Part shown: positions 19,027-26,886 of the stretch, in pieces
Layout of the letters: every line of letters starts with the position of its first letter
Numbering within the stretch: position 1 is the stretch's first letter
Assembly: GCA_965226375.1 (NCBI GenBank)
Contig: CBDDCX010000007.1
Location: 256,001-320,000 of the forward strand
DNA: 64,000 bases
Direction: 5' to 3'
DNA from: Longimicrobiales bacterium
Lineage (GTDB): Bacteria > Gemmatimonadota > Gemmatimonadetes > Longimicrobiales > Gaopeijiaceae
The notes under the pieces: model-generated
Told to the model about the DNA's origin: nothing
Databases searched by the model: none
Seen by the model: the letters and a program-made list of their open reading frames with translations, nothing else
Made by a program: the position numbers and the translations under genes

Positions 19027-19739
19027 GCGCAGCCCGGCGGATCGCCGTGAACGTCGCACGCACCTGGGTGCATCTCTACACGAGCCGTATGCCGACGGAG
19101 TTGCGCGTGACCAGGCGCGCGGAGATCGATGCCGACCTTTGGGACCACGAGAAGGATGCGGAAGAAGGGGGTGTACCCCCGCTGGTCACTGCGCTGGAGA
19201 TCTTCCTGCGAACCTGTCTCGGCGTCCTGGACGACTTGAGCTGGCGTTTCGAAGCCCGTCAACCGGGAGTTGGCGCTTCACGAAAAGGAAGGAGTACCAT
19301 GATGGACTTCTCAGCAAGACAAACACGGTGGATGGGGATTCTCTCAGTCGCCGGCGGTGCGATCGTGATGCTGATGCTCGTGGTGATTCCTACCCTCCAG
19401 TCGTACTTCGCTTCGGCCGGAATTCCGCTGCCGCTCCCGACCCGCATCGTCATCGGTAGGTCCGCGTTCCTGACGGGCTATTGGTGGGCCTGCGTCGCGG
19501 GGATCGTCGCCTTTTCCCTGGCCGTTAGACAGCTCGACAAGATTCTGCGGGACACGATGCTCACCAGGGTCGCCGCCTTCTACGACGACGAGGTGGACAG
19601 CGCGGTGGAGGCGCTGCTCACGAAGATGGAGCCGATCATGATCGTCGGGCTGGGCGTTGTAGTGGGTGGACTGATTATGGCCATGTACTTACCGATGTTC
19701 GATGTTGGTCAACGCGGTGAAGTAAGACGTTGCTATTGA
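19023..19739 (+). CDS. PadR-partner membrane protein fused to PilC/GspF-like segments
   Basis: N-terminal WVHLYT...RRAEIDADLWDH...DDLSWR; C-terminal LPLPTRIVI and FYDDEVDSAVEALLTKMEPIMIV...MYLPMF. Confidence 0.7.
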   Translation: MSAARRIAVNVARTWVHLYTSRMPTELRVTRRAEIDADLWDHEKDAEEGGVPPLVTALEIFLRTCLGVLDDLSWRFEARQPGVGASRKGRSTMMDFSARQTRWMGILSVAGGAIVMLMLVVIPTLQSYFASAGIPLPLPTRIVIGRSAFLTGYWWACVAGIVAFSLAVRQLDKILRDTMLTRVAAFYDDEVDSAVEALLTKMEPIMIVGLGVVVGGLIMAMYLPMFDVGQRGEVRRCY

Positions 19740-19882
19740 CAGAGTTTCGGCACGATAACGAAGAACCTACCCGGCCAGCACGGAACCGTGCGAAGCAGTT
19801 GCGGGGAATCCTGGGCCAAATGGCGCCCGATGTCCTTAGTGGAGAGGCGCGAGATTGAGGACGACGCGGCGAGGTCTCTTAC

Positions 19883-20344
19883 CTAGGGACACGCGTCTAT
19901 CAGCGCGAGGAAGTCCCCTCGGAGTGAGTTGATCGTAGTCCGCCACATCTCCGGAATCTCGATCTCGCGACCCCGGCAGGCCAATCCGTGGTAGGTGTCC
20001 CATTCGGCGTCCCCCAGCACACCTATCTGATGCTGAACGTAGGCGTTCTCCATGTTCCGCCAGAACACCCGCCGCACGTTGAAGTATTGGAGCTGATCGA
20101 GGCCGCTTAATCGCTCTCGGAGCGAGTCGTTGCTGGCCCTGTACATGATCAGAGAGAGATCGGGGTCTGTCCCGATCACAAGCAAATACTCGTTAGATGC
20201 CCGAATCATCTCTTGGTACGTCGCCGCTCGAGAAGCGGCGGTGTTCTGGCGGATTTCGAGGCCGACGAAGACAAGGGAGACAATCACTGCGATGCCGCCG
20301 AAGACCTCGGTCAACGACGTTAGTCTCGAAGGTGCTTTTGCCAA
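19883..20344 (-). CDS. Hypothetical protein (cassette gene)
   Basis: AVIVSLVFVGLEIRQNT N-terminal TM motif; TTG start with GGAGG RBS. Confidence 0.8.
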   Translation of the reverse strand: MAKAPSRLTSLTEVFGGIAVIVSLVFVGLEIRQNTAASRAATYQEMIRASNEYLLVIGTDPDLSLIMYRASNDSLRERLSGLDQLQYFNVRRVFWRNMENAYVQHQIGVLGDAEWDTYHGLACRGREIEIPEMWRTTINSLRGDFLALIDACP

Positions 20345-20389
20345 GCCGGCCTCCTCTGGCTTCTTCGTGGGACGGCGAAAGCCCATGTC

Positions 20390-20537
20390 CGATAACGGGC
20401 TCACGCGCTCCCGCGCGGAGTGAGCGTCGGCGAACGGAGTGCCCCGAAGGGACGGGCCCGTTGGTCTCCACGATAGTGTCACAACAGGTAATGCGCGAAG
20501 GCGCGCCGAAGGGTCCGGCGGGAGAGCAGCGTTAACC
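20390..20537 (-). repeat. attC-like site (148 bp)
   Basis: TAACGGGCTCACGCGCTCCCGCGCGGA pairs imperfectly with TCCGGCGGGAGAGCAGCGTTA; 28 bp identical to 20828-20855. Confidence 0.75.
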
Positions 20538-20557
20538 GACGTACCGACCTAGCGTTC

Positions 20558-20785
20558 TCAGACGTGTCCGAACATTTGCTCGAAGAGTTCACGTGAACGC
20601 TGCAACCCTTCTTCGGTGAGGGCGACAGATTTCCTCTTCGAAATCGGATCTCCAATCATCCCTTTCTCATGGAGACGGTTTAGAGCCTCCCAGTCGAACC
20701 CCTGCCAGGAACGGATTCCGTCATGCAGCGTCAGCCACATCAAAGCCAGAACGGCCTCGTCGACTTTTGTCTCGTCGAATTCCAT
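20558..20785 (-). CDS. DUF6429-like small protein (cassette gene)
   Basis: DEAVLALMWL...WQGFDWEALNRLHEKGMIGDP...KSVALTEEG. Confidence 0.85.
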   Translation of the reverse strand: MEFDETKVDEAVLALMWLTLHDGIRSWQGFDWEALNRLHEKGMIGDPISKRKSVALTEEGLQRSRELFEQMFGHV

Positions 20786-20824
20786 AAAGTGCCATCCATG
20801 AACTCACTGTTCATCCAGTATGTC

Positions 20825-20868
20825 GTCTAACGGGCTCACGCGCTCCCGCGCGGAGAGCGGCGTTACGC
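20825..20868 (-). repeat. Very short attC-like site (44 bp)
   Basis: Minus strand reads GCGTAAC...GTTAGAC; the second box is a perfect GTTRRRY. Confidence 0.72.
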
Positions 20869-20886
20869 GACGCGCGTACGCGCAAA

Positions 20887-21141
20887 CTATCGATACACGT
20901 CTCGGCGGTGGCCAATCTTCACGACGATGACGACCTGGGCGTCATCGTCGACTTCGTACAAGACACGATGGGATCCCTGGCGTACCCGATACCGAGATCC
21001 ACTCGTAAGCTTCTCACAGCCACGAGGCCGGGGGTCCTCGGCCAGAGCATGGATGCGCTCAACGACCCGGCCGCGATCCGCTTCCTGGAGAGCTTTCAGT
21101 TCTTTGACGGCAGAGGGCTTGATCTGGAGATCATAGCTCAC
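20887..21141 (-). CDS. RelE/ParE-family toxin
   Basis: PRPRGCEKL, YRVRQGSHRVLYEVDD, KIGHRRDVYR. Confidence 0.93.
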   Translation of the reverse strand: MSYDLQIKPSAVKELKALQEADRGRVVERIHALAEDPRPRGCEKLTSGSRYRVRQGSHRVLYEVDDDAQVVIVVKIGHRRDVYR

Positions 21142-21364
21142 CGCTCTGCCTCATCTCCTGCAGCACATCGGAGAAGGAGAGGCTTGGCTCGTTCGCGCGT
21201 GCCTCAAACGCCTCGAGATCCTCTGCGTCTTCAGAGAGAATCCCGAGGACTGCCTCGTTCACGAGGTCGGATACACTTTGCTCCGTCTCGGCGGCTTTGA
21301 GTCGCAAGGCTCGATGTACTGAAGGAGAGAAGTAGACCGTCGTTCGCTTTGTTTTCGTGCTCAT
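21131..21364 (-). CDS. CopG/ribbon-helix-helix antitoxin
   Basis: KRTTVYF...HRALRLKAA...SDLVNEAV; overlaps the toxin gene. Confidence 0.88.
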   Translation of the reverse strand: MSTKTKRTTVYFSPSVHRALRLKAAETEQSVSDLVNEAVLGILSEDAEDLEAFEARANEPSLSFSDVLQEMRQSGEL

Positions 21365-21413
21365 GCTGCCACTATAGCGTTATAGCGCCACAACGTCCAG
21401 ACGTTTTTCTAGC

Positions 21414-21557
21414 GTGTCGCGTAACGGCCCCACTCCCGACACCCTTGTCTCAAAGCAGGCATTCAGCGCCCGTATTGCGACGTATGTCGGTATGGCCTTA
21501 TGTGCGACGTGGGGAATTCCGCACCGCACCGTCCAACTCCCCAGCCTCGGGAGGGGC
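21414..21557 (-). repeat. att-like site immediately 3' of the recombinase gene (partial hairpin)
   Basis: GTGTCGCGTAACGGCCCCACTCCCGA matches the array consensus and pairs with TCGGGAGGGGC at 21547; there is no outer GTT partner. Confidence 0.5.
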
Positions 21558-21613
21558 GCGCTCAGACTAGGCACATTACCAACGATCCGCCACCCGCCAC
21601 ACACAACTCCCGC

Positions 21614-22537
21614 CTACTCCTCGTCCTTCTCCTCAGGGCCCCCGAACAGCGTATCCGCAGGACTGATCACCTTTACCAGAGCTTGGTTCGCCACATGCGT
21701 GTAGATCTCGGTGGTCGCCGACTTGGCGTGTCCCAACAGCTGTTGGATGTAGCGTTGTTGCGTCCCACTCTCAACGAGGTGCGTTGCGAACGAGTGCCGC
21801 AGTATGTGTGGAGTGACCGTCCTCCGGATTCTGGCTCGCTCAGCGGCCTTCTTCACAACGCGTTGGAGGCTCCGAGCGTTGTAGTGCCGATCGGGCCTTT
21901 CTCCTGGAAACAGCCATTTGTCCAGACGCTCAGTCCGCGCGTAGTCCCTGAGAGCTTCGAGGGTCACGGCGGAGAGCATCACATACCGGTCCTTCCGCCC
22001 TTTTCCCTTTCGCACTCTGATCATGCCACGGTCGGACTCGATGTCAGTGACCTGGAGGCGGATCACTTCGCCGACGCGTAGACCGCCGGAGTAGAGCACC
22101 AGCAGCATCGCTCGGTGCTTCAAGTTGGTGACGGCGTCGATGAGGCGCCGAACCTCGTCGCGGCTCAGGACCTTCGGCAACGATTTGTCTCGTCGCGGCC
22201 GAGGCAGCTCGAGCTTGGCGACCCCTCTACGCAGCACCTTCGAATGCAGAAACTTGAGCGCGCTCACCGCCTGATTCACGTAACTATACGAGCAGCCCTC
22301 ACGCATCAGACGCAGCAGCCACGAACGCATTTCCTCGGTCGTGGCGTTGGGGTCAGCGCTCGTCCGTCCCAGATAGAAGCGTTTGACGTGTGATCCGTAC
22401 AGCCGGCGTGTCTGTCGGGAGAAGCCGCGAAGTCGCATTTCCTCGTCCATGCGATCGAGTTGGTCTCCCAGCCACTCGGGTGCGTCGCCAGTCTCGGTCC
22501 TTTTTCGGTCGCGGCCCGTCCCTCGTCTCTTCGCCAT
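21614..22537 (-). CDS. Tyrosine recombinase with N-terminal SAM-like domain, lacking the IntI-specific insertion
   Basis: YSGGLRVGE, KGRKDR, HILRHSFATH, LGH, TTEIYTH; catalytic set intact. Confidence 0.93.
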   Translation of the reverse strand: MAKRRGTGRDRKRTETGDAPEWLGDQLDRMDEEMRLRGFSRQTRRLYGSHVKRFYLGRTSADPNATTEEMRSWLLRLMREGCSYSYVNQAVSALKFLHSKVLRRGVAKLELPRPRRDKSLPKVLSRDEVRRLIDAVTNLKHRAMLLVLYSGGLRVGEVIRLQVTDIESDRGMIRVRKGKGRKDRYVMLSAVTLEALRDYARTERLDKWLFPGERPDRHYNARSLQRVVKKAAERARIRRTVTPHILRHSFATHLVESGTQQRYIQQLLGHAKSATTEIYTHVANQALVKVISPADTLFGGPEEKDEE

Positions 22538-22651
22538 CACGGACGCTCCCACCGGGGGCAGGGCGATGCCATGGCTCTTTCGGCGGGCGTACGGGCCGGA
22601 CACGGCGATACGCCCCGAACCGGACGCGGCCAATCCCCAATGACGGCTTCC

Positions 22652-22686
22652 GCGATAACCGAGCCTACTATACAATTAGTTGACAC
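22652..22686 (+). other. Candidate attI-like site upstream of the recombinase
   Basis: AT-rich GATAAC...ATTAGTTGACAC, matching the array motif NTTA-NNN-GACAY in the opposite orientation. Confidence 0.4.
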
Positions 22687-22719
22687 TCGACGGATCCGCC
22701 GTCTGCTTCAGGAAGCCCA

Positions 22720-24438
22720 ATGCTCATTGGACTGATCGCCGTGCTCTTGACCCTGGGGTCCTTGACGGCCCCGGGACACGCTGACCGGGCAACCCTCGCT
22801 GCGGGGGATTTGCAGGGCGAGATCCACGATCTCGTCGCCCAAGGAGATCTGGAGGCCGTCCGGGATCTACTGACCGAGGACCCCACACTACTCGAGTCGA
22901 GAGATGGCCTCGGCCACACCCCGCTCCATACGGCGGCGATCGAGGAGAACCCGGCGATCGTGCGCTTCCTGCTCGAGGCGGGGGCGGAGGTGGATGCCCG
23001 GAATGATCGCCAGCGCACGGCCATCTGGTTGGCCGCGTGGCAAAACGACGGGGTAGAGGTCGTCTCCCTCTTGCTGGCTCACGGGGCAGATATCGAGGCC
23101 GTTGGTTTCCTGGGCCAAACGCCTCTGTCGGCGGCCATCGTGGGTCGAAGGCATGTGGTCGTCGATGTGCTTCTCGACCAAGGGGCCTCACTTCCAACCG
23201 AAACGGGCCCCCGGATCGAACTCATGTATCGCGCAGTTACGCACGGCAACCTCCGGGTGTTCGAACGGATGTTCGAGGTCCTTCCAACCCTCGATCCCGC
23301 GAGCGAAGAGGCGGCCGACTTACTTTGGGGTGCGGCCGAGGGTGGCTCGGGGGCGATCATGGAACGCCTTCTCGCGACCGGCATCGACCCCGACTCGCCG
23401 GATGCCTACCAAGATCGGCCCATTCATACCACGAGTCAGAGCGGGTTCACCGAGGCGACCCTGGCGCTGATCGGGCGGGGAGCCGACCTGAACCGGCGAA
23501 ACCTGACGGGTGACTCTCCCTACAACCTCGCGGTGGCGTACGAACACACCGAACTAGCCGCACGGCTGACGGAGTTGGGAGCGGATTCGGGTCCCCCTGA
23601 GCCTCCCGTTTTACAAGGCGACTATCTGGGCGAAACGCTTCCGGGCGGGGAGCCCGTGGTGTTTGCTCCGGGCATTGTCTCGAGGGAGGGTTCACAGAGC
23701 GTTCACGCGACGACCGTCTTTTCTCGGGACGGTTCAGAGGTGTACTGGTCGGACGCTTGGCAGGCCCCGATCTCATATATGAAGCGGGTGGATGGTCGCT
23801 GGACGATGCCGGCCCATGTCCCGTTCACGACCGGATACATCGACGACATTCCGATGTTCTCCCCGGATGAGAAGCGACTGTATTTCCTGTCGTCCATGCC
23901 GATCGACGGCGGCGAGGCCAGTAATCGCGAATACCTCTGGTACGTCGAGCGGGAGAGCCCGGAGGACCCGTGGTCCGAGCCCATTCCCGGGCCCGCCGCG
24001 ATCAACGCGGTCCCCCTCCATTGGCAGTTCGCGATCGCGCCCAACGGAGATTTCTACCTACCGGCCGCGACCGTAGGAGGGCAGGGCAGGGACATTCATG
24101 TCTCCCGGTTGGTGGACGGCGAATACCAGAGTGTGGAGCGAATCGAAGGCCCGCTGAACACATCGGGCGATGAGCACATGCCGTTCATCGCGCCGGACGA
24201 GAGTTATATGCTGTTCGCCGCCCGGAATCGCCCCGGCACGGACGAACACTTCCGGCTCTACGTCAGCTTCCGGGGGTCGGACGGTTCGTTCCAGGAGCCG
24301 GAGCTCCTTCCTGAACGTATCACCGGAGGATGGGACCAGATCTGTCCGGTGGTGACTCCCGATGGCCGGTACCTCTTCTACATCTCAGGGAATGACGTTC
24401 GCTGGGTGAGTACGGAGTTCGTCGAGGGCCTTCGTTGA
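22720..24438 (+). CDS. Secreted ankyrin-repeat protein with C-terminal PD40/TolB-like propeller
   Basis: Signal peptide; GHTPLHTAA and GQTPLSAA repeats; PMFSPD, PFIAPD and PVVTPDG repeats. Confidence 0.88.
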   Translation: MLIGLIAVLLTLGSLTAPGHADRATLAAGDLQGEIHDLVAQGDLEAVRDLLTEDPTLLESRDGLGHTPLHTAAIEENPAIVRFLLEAGAEVDARNDRQRTAIWLAAWQNDGVEVVSLLLAHGADIEAVGFLGQTPLSAAIVGRRHVVVDVLLDQGASLPTETGPRIELMYRAVTHGNLRVFERMFEVLPTLDPASEEAADLLWGAAEGGSGAIMERLLATGIDPDSPDAYQDRPIHTTSQSGFTEATLALIGRGADLNRRNLTGDSPYNLAVAYEHTELAARLTELGADSGPPEPPVLQGDYLGETLPGGEPVVFAPGIVSREGSQSVHATTVFSRDGSEVYWSDAWQAPISYMKRVDGRWTMPAHVPFTTGYIDDIPMFSPDEKRLYFLSSMPIDGGEASNREYLWYVERESPEDPWSEPIPGPAAINAVPLHWQFAIAPNGDFYLPAATVGGQGRDIHVSRLVDGEYQSVERIEGPLNTSGDEHMPFIAPDESYMLFAARNRPGTDEHFRLYVSFRGSDGSFQEPELLPERITGGWDQICPVVTPDGRYLFYISGNDVRWVSTEFVEGLR

Positions 24439-24472
24439 TCGGTGGAAACGGCCAGGGCCGAATCGGACCTAG

Positions 24473-24895
24473 CTAATCCCCCCAGGGATTGAGAACAGGC
24501 ACGCCCCGGTCAGCGTAGTCGCCAGCGTTGCGGGTGACCAACGTCAGGTCATGTACCTGGGCGGTGGCCAGCATGAGCCCGTCCACCACGGGCAGTTCTC
24601 TCCCGACGCGCCTTCCCTGGGCAGCCAAGCGGCCCCACGCGAGAGCCACGGCGTCATCGACGGCGAGCACGCGTCCCCGGAATCGTGGGCCCAGGTCCTG
24701 CTCCAGCCACTCCGTGAGCACTTCCTTGCGGCGCCCGGGGGCCATGAGCGCCACGCCGTTCGCAATCTCTCCCAACACGAGGACACTGATGGCGAGGTCC
24801 AGGGGGGTGTGATCTCGGAGCCACTCCACCACGCGCGGGTGCGGGGCCGGGCGCGCCGGCTCTGAGAGCACGTTGGTGTCCAGCAGATATCGCAC
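24473..24895 (-). CDS. vapC: VapC/PIN-domain toxin
   Basis: YLLDTNVLSE, DGLMLATA, LVTRN. Confidence 0.92.
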   Translation of the reverse strand: MRYLLDTNVLSEPARPAPHPRVVEWLRDHTPLDLAISVLVLGEIANGVALMAPGRRKEVLTEWLEQDLGPRFRGRVLAVDDAVALAWGRLAAQGRRVGRELPVVDGLMLATAQVHDLTLVTRNAGDYADRGVPVLNPWGD

Positions 24896-24952
24896 AGTAG
24901 AGTCCTGAGTTGGGAGTCCGGCGTGCCACCGAGGGCGCCTAAGCACCGCCCT

Positions 24953-25210
24953 CTAAAGCGACACGTCCCGTCCGACGTCTCGGGACCGCTCCAGAACCAG
25001 GGTGCCATCCGCCATCGCTTCTGCGAGAGGAGATGCCTTCAGGAAGGAGACCAGGTCGCCCGGCTCGGCCAACTTCTCGTATTCCTCCGCGCTGAGAATC
25101 ACGACGGCCTTACGGCCGTGGCGGGTCACGAGCTGCGGGCCCTCAGAGCGAGCGCGGCGGACCAGCTCGCTGAACCGATTCTTGGCATCTTCGAGTTTCC
25201 ATCTCGTCAT
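24953..25210 (-). CDS. Phd/YefM-family antitoxin
   Basis: WKLEDAKNRFSELV...PQLVTRHG. Confidence 0.92.
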   Translation of the reverse strand: MTRWKLEDAKNRFSELVRRARSEGPQLVTRHGRKAVVILSAEEYEKLAEPGDLVSFLKASPLAEAMADGTLVLERSRDVGRDVSL

Positions 25211-25239
25211 CGCGTCCTCATCTAGTCACTTTGGCCTGA

Positions 25240-25272
25240 TCTGAGTCTGGCTAGTCTAGCTAGATGTGTCAA
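25240..25272 (-). promoter_or_regulatory. Putative sigma70 promoter of the phd-vapC pair with palindromic operator
   Basis: Minus strand TTGACA-N17-CAGACT; the spacer contains the palindrome TCTAGCTAGA. Confidence 0.55.
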
Positions 25273-25421
25273 TGGTGGCAGTGGCGTCGCTACAAGTTCG
25301 CCTCGATCGCGGGCGGGAGAATGCCCTGACGGGACCCAGAATATCAGACGCACGATTTCTCTACGTATGTTTGGAATCGAAACATACGTACGTCTCCGAA
25401 GGACTTGATCGCCCGGTACCG

Positions 25422-26768
25422 TCACGGCTCAAAGTTCAACAGCGCATGCCTCCGTTCGGGGATCCGCGACCAGGGGTCCACCTCTACGACCCGGTAGAGT
25501 GGGGAGTAGCCGAGCTTCAGCTTGAGCTCCTGCACGGCCTCTCTGAGGGCCGAGGGAACGATACCCTCCGACAGCTCCCGTCCGCCCTCTTCTCGGCTGC
25601 TGGATTCTGCTCGGTCGAAGAGATCGTTCTGGGACGTGGCGGGACCGAACTGGAAGAACTCGACGGTGAGGGCTTCCACGGCACGGGGGGGAGGAGACAG
25701 GGCCATCCGAGTCCGCAGGACGAACGCGATTCGCTCGCGATGTGCCGTGGACTCCCGAAGAACCGTTTCCATGGACCACGAGCCTCCACCCTCGAGGCGA
25801 GCCGCCAAGCCGACCCCTTGTATGCTCCGGCCCTGACGCTCCGGACGGGCCAGCGCCCGTTCCAGAAGACGGTCCAGAGCACCGTGGAGCGTCTGCACCT
25901 GACCCACGGGAGTATGGAAGTCCAGGGAAGAGCGGATCGGTTGGGGGCGATGATTCGGTTGTACGGGATCGATGCGTTCGCCGGTGGCCCATTCCCGAGC
26001 CTTTCGTCCGTCCGACCCGAACTGGCCGACGAGGGCTGGGGTCGGGAGACGGATCAGGTCGTCCAACGTGTCGACACCGAGTCGTTCGAGCCGCTCGATC
26101 ACCATCGTATCCACGGGGAGCACGGAGACGGGGCAGGGGCCCAGGAAGGAGAGGAGCTCTTCGTCTCTCACGATCACGGGCTGTCCGGGCCCCGCTCCGG
26201 CCGCGGCCACCCAGGCTCCGAATTTGCCAGGAGCCCATCCCATTCTCATGGCGGCCACCAGTGGGCGAGGGAAGATGGTGAGGAGGGCTCCGAGGACTCT
26301 GTCGACCTGGCGAGGTGGTGAGCCATAGAGTCGTCCGAGTCCGTCCATCCCCACGAAGACCCTTCCGCGGCCGGCCGGCTCCACGATGGGGCTCAGGTTC
26401 GACAGTGTCTCGAGAAGCTCTTCCTGGGCCGCGTCGTAGTGGGCCGGGTCTGGTTCCAGGAGGGTGAGGGAGGGACAGAGGGCGACGGCCTGGGAGATGA
26501 GTTGTCCGGGGCGTACGCCTGCGATGGAGGCTCGCTCCGAGACCTGCCAGACCGTTCTCCGGGTGTTTTCGCCGGGGGAGAGGAGGGCTACGGACGTGGT
26601 GTCCAGCTCCGGGGTTCGAACCAGCTCCAGCCGAAGCTCGAAGGTGGGTAGCCAGGCACAGAGGGCTTGGCGGCTTCCTCGGCGGGTGGTGGTGGTGCCC
26701 CTGGTCTCCCACCCGCGAACGGCCGGATGGGTGGGACCACTATACACACGAGAACGGGGCTCTGACAT
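25422..26768 (-). CDS. imuB: ImuB-like catalytically inactive Y-family DNA polymerase
   Basis: Y-family layout (GVRPGQLISQAVALCP, LERLGVDTL) without the catalytic carboxylates; C-terminal DPWSRIPERR. Confidence 0.82.
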   Translation of the reverse strand: MSEPRSRVYSGPTHPAVRGWETRGTTTTRRGSRQALCAWLPTFELRLELVRTPELDTTSVALLSPGENTRRTVWQVSERASIAGVRPGQLISQAVALCPSLTLLEPDPAHYDAAQEELLETLSNLSPIVEPAGRGRVFVGMDGLGRLYGSPPRQVDRVLGALLTIFPRPLVAAMRMGWAPGKFGAWVAAAGAGPGQPVIVRDEELLSFLGPCPVSVLPVDTMVIERLERLGVDTLDDLIRLPTPALVGQFGSDGRKAREWATGERIDPVQPNHRPQPIRSSLDFHTPVGQVQTLHGALDRLLERALARPERQGRSIQGVGLAARLEGGGSWSMETVLRESTAHRERIAFVLRTRMALSPPPRAVEALTVEFFQFGPATSQNDLFDRAESSSREEGGRELSEGIVPSALREAVQELKLKLGYSPLYRVVEVDPWSRIPERRHALLNFEP

Positions 26769-26791
26769 GGACAAAACGGCCTTGAGCGGAT

Positions 26792-26811
26792 ACCGAATAA
26801 AAACCGAAAGT
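26792..26811 (-). promoter_or_regulatory. Putative SOS operator (TTCGG-N6-TTCGG)
   Basis: Near-identical to 14595-14614; about 24 bp upstream of the imuB ATG. Confidence 0.6.
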
Positions 26812-26886
26812 CCAAAGTACTTCGAAGAGAAAAGAAGAGCAAGCAGATCTCGATGTGGTTGGATGGATTCCGTGAAGATTCGCGAG

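Noticed and set aside
19753..19883. Additional attC site
   Set aside because: It has CGATAAC and the expected position, but the partner arm lacks GTT and pairs weakly. Kept only as a weak candidate, not as a feature.
20385..21440. CRISPR array
   Set aside because: The repeats are separated by whole genes of variable length, and there are no cas genes.
21614..22537. Canonical integron integrase (intI) or XerC/XerD
   Set aside because: Lacks the IntI insertion between KDR and WLFP. The accessory context and N-terminus do not fit chromosomal XerC/D.
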